NCBI GenBank assembly: GCA_937900095.1
Contig: CALCEC010000081.1
Coordinates: forward strand, 6,706 to 70,705
Length of the DNA stretch: 64,000 nucleotides
DNA from: an uncultured Bacteroidales bacterium
Lineage (GTDB): Bacteria > Bacteroidota > Bacteroidia > Bacteroidales > Bacteroidaceae
Direction of reading: 5' to 3'
Part shown: piece after piece, positions 57,850 to 64,000 of the stretch
Layout of the letters: every line of letters starts with the position of its first letter
Position numbering within the stretch: the first letter of the stretch is position 1
The notes under the pieces: generated by a model
The model's database searches: none
What the model was told of the DNA's origin: nothing
What the model saw: only the letters and a program-made list of their open reading frames with translations
Program-made: the position numbers and the translations under genes

Positions 57850-60800
57850 TTACTTAACCATAATCTTCTTACCGTTTACAATGTAGATACCGGGCTTTGT
57901 GATATTCTCGATCTTGCGACCTGTGATATCGTAGATACCCTTGACTGCATCGTCAGCAGCGTCAACGCTTGTGATACCCTCTGGGAGTTCATACTCCTCG
58001 AGTGTCCAAGTAGCTGCGATAGCAGCATCCTTAGCATCGCAGAATGGATATTCAATGCCGTTTACGTTCTCTACCTTGAAGTAGCCGTTAGCGTTTGTCA
58101 TGATGAAGTCTGTCTCGTTGACGAACTCGAAGCCAAGAGCTGTCTTCTCGTTGTCGCAAGCGTCAACATTCCATGCGCGGCAAACGATGTAGTAACCCTC
58201 AACTGTAGCGAGGTAGTACTGACCGTCACCTGCATCCTCAACCTTGAATACCTGCTTAGAGTCAACAGCCTCGTCAGCAACCATTACTGAACCTACAGGA
58301 CCACCTGTGTTGACAGCATTGTACTCACCAACGTGGAGATACTTGCCTGTCTCTACATGCTTAACGCGGTATGTCTTGTTAAGGTCAATCTCCGGTTTAG
58401 CAGCCTCTACAGTGAATGTACAAGAGTAAGCGCTGGAAACGCCATTATCCTGACGTTTTACAAGACCCTCAGGGAATGTGAGTGTGTACTCACCTGCCTC
58501 TGTGATAGCCTCTACCAATGTCAATGTAACAACATTGTACTCAACATCAGCCTCCCAAGCGAATACCTCGGAAACAACATTGCCGTTCTCGTCAGTAATT
58601 GTGAACTTGCCTGTAGCATTTGGAAGAACCACATTCTCGTTGAACTCGATTGTGATAACCTCGAGAGCCTCGACAGCCTCACCAGGAGTAACAGAAACAA
58701 CTTCCAATGGCTGAACAACCTTGAATGTGAATATATCACCTGCATACTCCTCATCATGAATGCTTGTTACAACACCTGCAGGGAATGTGATAGTGTATTC
58801 ACCATCAGCAACGATTGCGCTCTCAAGCTTAAGAGTAATCTTGTTGCTCTCAACTACAGCCTGGCTTGTCCAGATTGTACCAACAACGTTGTTACCCTTC
58901 TTAACCTTGATGAACTGAACGCCTGCATCTGTACCTGTGCCAGTGCCAGTACCAGTACCAGTGCCTGTACCTGTACCTGTACCAGTACCTGTGCCAGTGC
59001 CAGTGCCTGTACCAGTACCAGTACCAGTGCCTGTACCTGATGTACCCCAATCCACAACAATATCCTTGTTGAATTCGATTGTGATAACCTCAAGAGACTC
59101 TACTGTCTCATCAGGAGTAACAGCAACAAGCTTCAAAGGAACGAAAGCAGCCTCGTTTGCAGCCTCAAGAGCAGCTGCGGCAGCAAGGAGCTCTTCAGTT
59201 GTGTAGTCTGCGTTCTCTGCGTGTGCAGCAAATATGTTGTTAAGAGCTACAACAGCCTTTGCAACCTCTGCATATGTCTTGTCAACAGAAATCTCGCTTG
59301 TGATGATGTCGAACTCTGACATGTGCCAGTAGGTACGCTCTGCTGTAACATTGAAGCGGAGGTAACGGTATGCTGTCTCTGAAGAGATGATGTCAGACTT
59401 CCAAGACTTGTTACCTGCCTGTGGCAGACCGCTTGTAATGTTGGCAACCTCTGTATAGTTCTCACCGTCATTGCTACCCATGATCTGGATTGCATCGGGG
59501 AAGTCGTTGACACCAGCGAATACGCGTGTGTGGTAGCTGAATGAGAACTCAGCAAGCTCGTTGCCCGCGCCAAGGTCAACCTCAATGTAGTGTGTATCCT
59601 CCGGAACAGGATTGCTCCACTGTGTGTGGAAGAAGTTTCCGTCTTCAATAACACCGTCAACAAGTTGCTCGATAGGACCCTCATTTGGCTCCGGATGGTT
59701 GCTCCACAAGTAGTATGGTGCTGTAGCGTTGCTTGTCTGCAGTGCAACCTCGTTCTCAACAACAGAGAGAGCTGCATCTGCGAGGATAGCATCTGCCTTA
59801 GCGTATGCTGCATCGAATGCTGCGCGTGCTGCAGCAAGAGCCTCAGCCTTAGCAACGAAGTAAGCATCCATTGAAGCAAGGAGTTCATCAGCATTGAACT
59901 CGCCAACCTCTGTCAAGAGTACGCGGTTACCGTCATCGTCATACTCCCAGTTAGCAACTGTACCGTATGTATAGCCGCCTGAGAAGTTCAGTTTGTTGGT
60001 ACCGTTGAGCAGGATGTTCTTGTAGCCCTCAACGTCAGAGTCAACTACAGTAACGATACCTTCTGGGTTCTCGGTAAGCTTGATGTACTGGCCATCCTTA
60101 ACAGCGAAACGCTGAGCGCCTACAGCATAGAGGTATGTAGCACCCTCGTACTCAACTAATGCGAACTGCTGTGCAGGGTCATTTACATCTGCAGCAATGT
60201 CTTTGTGGTGATAGTTACCGTATGTAGCACCGCAGTGTGAAAGGTAACCCTCCTCTGCTGATGCGTAAAGCGCACCACGGTTTGTGTCCCTTGCAGTAAT
60301 GTGGTATATCTTTGCCATTACAGGAAGACCGTTCTTGATCTCCTCAATAGCAGCCTTGATAGCCTCTGTTGCTGCAACGAGCTGGTCTTTGCCATACTCG
60401 GTGTTCTCTGCGAGCTGACCTGCGAGAACCTCAAGAGCAGAAACCTCTACTACAACGCCTGCATACTTCTCGGCGATAGTTGCGGTAATGCTTGAGATGC
60501 CGAACTCTGCCAAGTGGAAGTAAGGAACAGTTGCATTGCCTCTGCTTGTAGAGTTCACCTGATAACGGATATATCTGTATGCGTTACCGTTACCCAATAC
60601 AGGAGAAGTGTAAGACTTAGAGTTACCAACAGGGAGACCCTCGCTGATTGTAGCGATCTCTGTGTACTCGCTCTTGTCGTTGCTACCCAAAAGTGTGATG
60701 CTTGTCGGGAAGTCTGTGTTACCGTTGTGGCGTGTAACGTAATTGATGCAGAATTCAGCAAGTTCGTTGCCCTCGCCGAGATCTACCTCCAAGTAATCCT

Positions 60801-63012
60801 TTGTTCCATCGGTTGCGTAGTTGCCCCAATCGGTGTGGAAGAATGTATTGATGTCACCGTCTACAAGGTAAGCGATAACACCCTCCTCGCCGTAAGCGTA
60901 TGTGTTTGCCCATACATAACCGGCAGCATTCTCGTCAGTTGTCTGCAAAGCGACAGCCTCTGTAGTTGTCTGAAGGTTAGCCTCTGCAAGGATAGCCTGT
61001 GCCTCTGCGTATGCTGCGTCGAATGCGTCGCGTGCAGCCTGGAGCTCTGCAATCATAGCGTCAACGTCAACCTCTGAGAATACCCATGTTGTACCGTGCC
61101 AGTCACTTGCGCTTGGGTTCCATGAACCAACACCTGTGTTGTAGTTGTTTGCATCAACGCAGCTACCACTGCTGATTGGGTTTGTAGAAGAGATAGCATA
61201 ACCCTCCTCGTTTACACCGTTAGGAAGAACATACCATACTGCTGGAGTGTCAGACATAGTTCTGTCAGCACCCAGAGTCTGCTCTGTAGTGTAGTTGTGG
61301 AAGTAAACACCGCCGTTGTTGTCAGCCTTTGTGAAGTACCAGTAGCTTGCGAATGTCTCAGCAACGTGCTGAACACCGGCGCCTTCACCTACAGAAGAGA
61401 GGTAACCGCCACGGTTGAAGCTTGCTATCTTGTAGTAGTAACGGGTTTCGTCGGTAGAAACCTTGACAAGTGGCTCAACACCACCCTCGATTGTCCAGCT
61501 GAACTCGGCAGCCTCGCACTCCTTGCCGTCGTCGGTCTTCAAACTACCTGCAGGGATTGTAAGAGTGTAAGTACCGGCCTCTGTTATTGCAGGGTTAACC
61601 ATGATAAGGATAGTCTCATAGTCGTAGAGCCATTCAATATTCATTGTGAACTCATCACCTGCCTCATTGGTAAGTGTCCAACCTGTCGGGAGGTTTGCAA
61701 GGGCAGGACCCTGGCCAGCCTCAACGCGGATACCCTTGATCTCTGTAACGTCACCCTCGACTGTTGGGAAGAGGTCTGCTGTAACAGCAAATGTCTCAAC
61801 AGATGGCTCCGGCTCGGTAGCTGCGAATACGTTTGCAATCTCCTCGGCTGTGAGTGCACCGTTGTAAACCTCAACGCCTGTAACAGCGCCAGTGAATGCC
61901 TCGAAAGCGCCTTCAGCTGTCATGCCACCACCGATGTAGATGTTTGCATCAGCGTAGTCGGCCTTTACCATCTGTGGAGTAGCAATCTCGTAGCCAGCCA
62001 TGAAACCGTCGGCATGAGCGTTGTTCCACTCTCTTGCGAGTGTACCATCTACGTAAAGCTGGCAAAGGTTGTTTGTGGGGCTGATTACGTAAACCAGCAC
62101 AACACCCTCTGTAGCTGCAGGAACATCACCTGCTGTGAAACGGTCGCCTGCCTTGCAAGAAGCCAGGTAGCCGGTGTTTGCGTTGTTTGTTCCGTAAGCA
62201 ACGTAAGCAGAGTTCATACCCATAGCGCCTGTATTTGCAGCCTGTGTGGGGTCTGATGTGCAGAAAAGTGCGCAACGGCCGCTCATAGCAGCAGGAGTGT
62301 TTATCTTAACTGCAACTGTCAGGTCTGACAAAGCAAATACCTTAGCGGCATCCTCGTCAGAGAGCTGATAAGGAGCCTCGCCAATCTGCTCGGCTGTCAA
62401 GTTCAATACAAGAGCGCCCTCTGCAGGAACCTCTGGCTCCGGCTCAACAGTAGCAGACTCAACAGCGTATACGTAGTGGATTGTCCATCCGCCCTTACCG
62501 CTGTTATAGACAGGAGTACCTGCCTCGCCGTTCTGAACGTTAATCCAGTTGCCTGCAGCAGAGTTCATGAAACGTACAAGCAGTGCCTCGTCGTCAATGT
62601 AGGCCTGAGAGTCACCGTCGCCGTTGAACTCGCCGTTGGCAGTTGTTGGGTTAGCGGCTGTGAATACTGCGGCACCGTCAACAGTACCGAAATCCTTTGG
62701 TGATGTAGCCTGCATGTAAGTGCCATCGGGCTTCATCAGATAATAAGAGCCTGCAACTCCTTCCTCAACAGGCTGCCATACGAATACAGCTGCATCGCTG
62801 AAATCAGCTGCGCTGTAAGGTGCGGCACCTGTATTGCCAACAAAGTAGTAATTGTTGGTAGCCGACAGGTTCTTAATGGCGATGAGAGTCGATGCGGTCT
62901 TTGCATTCAACTCGTCAGAACTCAATCTTGTCTCGGTGAGACTGTAGTCCTGCGCCATCGCTGTTCCCAAGAAAAGGAACATCGACATTAAGAAAAGTGT
63001 AAACTTTTTCAT
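57850..63012 (-). CDS. 1720-aa multidomain T9SS-secreted surface protein
   Basis: Signal peptide [21 protein letters not shown]. LamG_3-like segment (...[17 protein letters not shown]). Two F5/8-type-C-like modules ([10 protein letters not shown]...YRYIRYQV and GNFFHTQW...YRYLRFNV). Three Ig-like modules ([16 protein letters not shown]). The C-terminus [30 protein letters not shown] is typical of the Por secretion tail. Confidence 0.85.
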   Translation of the reverse strand: MKKFTLFLMSMFLFLGTAMAQDYSLTETRLSSDELNAKTASTLIAIKNLSATNNYYFVGNTGAAPYSAADFSDAAVFVWQPVEEGVAGSYYLMKPDGTYMQATSPKDFGTVDGAAVFTAANPTTANGEFNGDGDSQAYIDDEALLVRFMNSAAGNWINVQNGEAGTPVYNSGKGGWTIHYVYAVESATVEPEPEVPAEGALVLNLTAEQIGEAPYQLSDEDAAKVFALSDLTVAVKINTPAAMSGRCALFCTSDPTQAANTGAMGMNSAYVAYGTNNANTGYLASCKAGDRFTAGDVPAATEGVVLVYVISPTNNLCQLYVDGTLAREWNNAHADGFMAGYEIATPQMVKADYADANIYIGGGMTAEGAFEAFTGAVTGVEVYNGALTAEEIANVFAATEPEPSVETFAVTADLFPTVEGDVTEIKGIRVEAGQGPALANLPTGWTLTNEAGDEFTMNIEWLYDYETILIMVNPAITEAGTYTLTIPAGSLKTDDGKECEAAEFSWTIEGGVEPLVKVSTDETRYYYKIASFNRGGYLSSVGEGAGVQHVAETFASYWYFTKADNNGGVYFHNYTTEQTLGADRTMSDTPAVWYVLPNGVNEEGYAISSTNPISSGSCVDANNYNTGVGSWNPSASDWHGTTWVFSEVDVDAMIAELQAARDAFDAAYAEAQAILAEANLQTTTEAVALQTTDENAAGYVWANTYAYGEEGVIAYLVDGDINTFFHTDWGNYATDGTKDYLEVDLGEGNELAEFCINYVTRHNGNTDFPTSITLLGSNDKSEYTEIATISEGLPVGNSKSYTSPVLGNGNAYRYIRYQVNSTSRGNATVPYFHLAEFGISSITATIAEKYAGVVVEVSALEVLAGQLAENTEYGKDQLVAATEAIKAAIEEIKNGLPVMAKIYHITARDTNRGALYASAEEGYLSHCGATYGNYHHKDIAADVNDPAQQFALVEYEGATYLYAVGAQRFAVKDGQYIKLTENPEGIVTVVDSDVEGYKNILLNGTNKLNFSGGYTYGTVANWEYDDDGNRVLLTEVGEFNADELLASMDAYFVAKAEALAAARAAFDAAYAKADAILADAALSVVENEVALQTSNATAPYYLWSNHPEPNEGPIEQLVDGVIEDGNFFHTQWSNPVPEDTHYIEVDLGAGNELAEFSFSYHTRVFAGVNDFPDAIQIMGSNDGENYTEVANITSGLPQAGNKSWKSDIISSETAYRYLRFNVTAERTYWHMSEFDIITSEISVDKTYAEVAKAVVALNNIFAAHAENADYTTEELLAAAAALEAANEAAFVPLKLVAVTPDETVESLEVITIEFNKDIVVDWGTSGTGTGTGTGTGTGTGTGTGTGTGTGTGTGTGTGTGTDAGVQFIKVKKGNNVVGTIWTSQAVVESNKITLKLESAIVADGEYTITFPAGVVTSIHDEEYAGDIFTFKVVQPLEVVSVTPGEAVEALEVITIEFNENVVLPNATGKFTITDENGNVVSEVFAWEADVEYNVVTLTLVEAITEAGEYTLTFPEGLVKRQDNGVSSAYSCTFTVEAAKPEIDLNKTYRVKHVETGKYLHVGEYNAVNTGGPVGSVMVADEAVDSKQVFKVEDAGDGQYYLATVEGYYIVCRAWNVDACDNEKTALGFEFVNETDFIMTNANGYFKVENVNGIEYPFCDAKDAAIAATWTLEEYELPEGITSVDAADDAVKGIYDITGRKIENITKPGIYIVNGKKIMVK
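58930..59037 (-). repeat. 18 x Gly-Thr coding repeat (GGY ACW hexamers)
   Basis: 108 nt of imperfect hexamer repeat inside the T9SS cargo gene, with mixed synonymous codons. Confidence 0.9.
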
Positions 63013-63147
63013 AAATGTTGGTTTTGGTTAATAAATAAAATTAGTTAATTAAAAAAATGCGTCATAATGTAAGGTAAAAAAAACTTTACCTTACTTTTTG
63101 TCAATTATTAGCGCTAATGCCTTGTGAGGCAATATGCTCCAATCGTA

Positions 63148-63155
63148 CAAAAGTA
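63148..63155 (-). promoter_or_regulatory. -7 box (TActTTTG) upstream of the T9SS cargo gene
   Basis: caaaagta on the + strand, 136 nt upstream of ATG 63012. Confidence 0.3.
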
Positions 63156-63468
63156 CTTAATTTTGAGTTCAAAACAAGGAAAATATATATTTTTTTTAAA
63201 AATAACGTGAAAAATGGGTTATGGGTTAAGGGTAAGAGGTTATGGGTTGTGGGGCTCTCATTTTCCGTTTGAAAAGCGCCGCTAAAGATCTAAGGACTTT
63301 AATGGACACAAAGGGCCTTGTAACTTTGCTGTCCCCTTGCTCGTTGGAAATCCTTTTAACAATTATTCTGAATAATTTTATTGCATTAAATTTGTATTTA
63401 TATGCATTTTTGATAATTTTGCCTTTTTTATGGGAATTTTGATAAAAACGTAATATAAAAGTACAACT

Positions 63469-64000
63469 ATGAAGAAAAATCTATTGTTCGCACTTGTGGC
63501 ATTTTTTGCCGTTATCGGTTCTGCAACAGCACAGCAGAAGACTACTTTGAGTGCTCAGGTTTATGGTTATCAAAAGGATATGGTCTACTTTGACTGCATC
63601 CAGACGCCGCTCATTGCGGCAGAGTTCCACACAAATCCCGGCGAGGAGCATCTGTACAGCTTTGAGTGCGATGGTCTTGTGTGTCTCACCATCAATGGCC
63701 GTGTGAATGTCTATCTGCAGCCGGGCGATAGCCTGCACGTCGATGTCAACTACGACGGCAAGAATGCGAAGGTGGAGTACAGCGGTTCGGAGCGCGCGGT
63801 AAAGAACAACCGTCTTATGAGAAGCATCGAAAATGTAAAGCGCACTATGCGTTACAAGAGCCAGTTGCTTGGATGCATCGCTCTTGATGTAAAGCCCAAA
63901 AAGCGTATCGACGACTCACGTGCCTTGCTCGACAAGGTTACAGCCCTTATAGAGAAGAGCGCTGCAAGCCCCGAAATGAAGAATTACGCCACAGCACTGG
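63469..64000 (+). CDS. secreted protein, 3' end beyond the window
   Basis: ATG 63469 and signal peptide MKKNLLFALVAFFAVIGSATAQQ. The frame stays open to the window end (177 codons checked by hand). Absent from the ORF track because it has no stop. Confidence 0.55.
   Translation, partial: MKKNLLFALVAFFAVIGSATAQQKTTLSAQVYGYQKDMVYFDCIQTPLIAAEFHTNPGEEHLYSFECDGLVCLTINGRVNVYLQPGDSLHVDVNYDGKNAKVEYSGSERAVKNNRLMRSIENVKRTMRYKSQLLGCIALDVKPKKRIDDSRALLDKVTALIEKSAASPEMKNYATAL

Noticed and set aside
58937-59206. ORF beginning MPVPVPVPV...
   Set aside because: Reverse-frame reading of the (Gly-Thr)18 coding repeat.
60514-62256. Long + strand ORFs (60514-61077, 61297-62256) inside the giant gene
   Set aside because: Antisense to the 1720-aa T9SS cargo ORF, which has a signal peptide, domain repeats and a CTD. 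Their products are Cys-, Leu- and Val-rich nonsense.
1-64000. Search by eye for defence systems, toxin-antitoxin pairs, integrases, transposases, phage genes, rRNA/tRNA
   Set aside because: None recognised in any ORF of the track or in the intergenic sequence. The accessory-looking segments therefore lack an identifiable mobility or defence function.

Overview
The window looks like a chromosomal segment from a Bacteroidales-type genome. Evidence for this: a T9SS C-terminal sorting domain, TAnnTTTG -7 promoter boxes, an frd/sdh CAB operon, V-type ATPase E/DUF2764 genes and lipobox-rich secreted proteins. G+C is about 50-55% on sampled lines.

Most of the window is ordinary core metabolism and envelope biogenesis:
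- tyrS, metG, pyrBI, kdsB, dapB, lepB, glgB, pepP, ftcD
- a fabK-like gene, a PBP1A, an Omp85-family protein and sdh/frd CAB

I found no rRNA, tRNA, CRISPR array, integrase, transposase or recognisable defence genes.

The non-ordinary parts are:
1. A roughly 3.2-kb lower-GC cassette at 24.6-27.8 kb. It is bracketed by a duplicated pepP 3' end plus terminator hairpin. It carries a SAM methyltransferase, an ECF sigma factor fused through a TM helix to a C-terminal outer-membrane-type beta-barrel domain, and a frameshifted SDR relic.
2. A V-ATPase operon that stops after its first two genes (E and DUF2764). At the break sits a roughly 190-bp imperfect palindrome with perfect 17-bp terminal inverted repeats.
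3. A dispersed family of modular intergenic palindromes (GTCATnCTGA...GAAGnATCTC half-sites). One pair of 224-bp inverted copies has a 125-bp perfect core and flanks a 4.2-kb redox/ftcD block.
4. A five-gene glycan cluster (Wzx, three glycosyltransferases, YfhO) with an 86-bp tandem duplication over the flippase start.
5. A roughly 3-kb AT-rich islet encoding a TPR-TM-coiled-coil-HTH protein and an alpha/beta hydrolase.
6. An ECF sigma locus with two divergent copies of TGTAAC-N16-CGTCTA.
7. A 1720-aa T9SS surface protein containing an 18x Gly-Thr linker.

All family assignments come from motif recognition by eye. No database search or computation was run.
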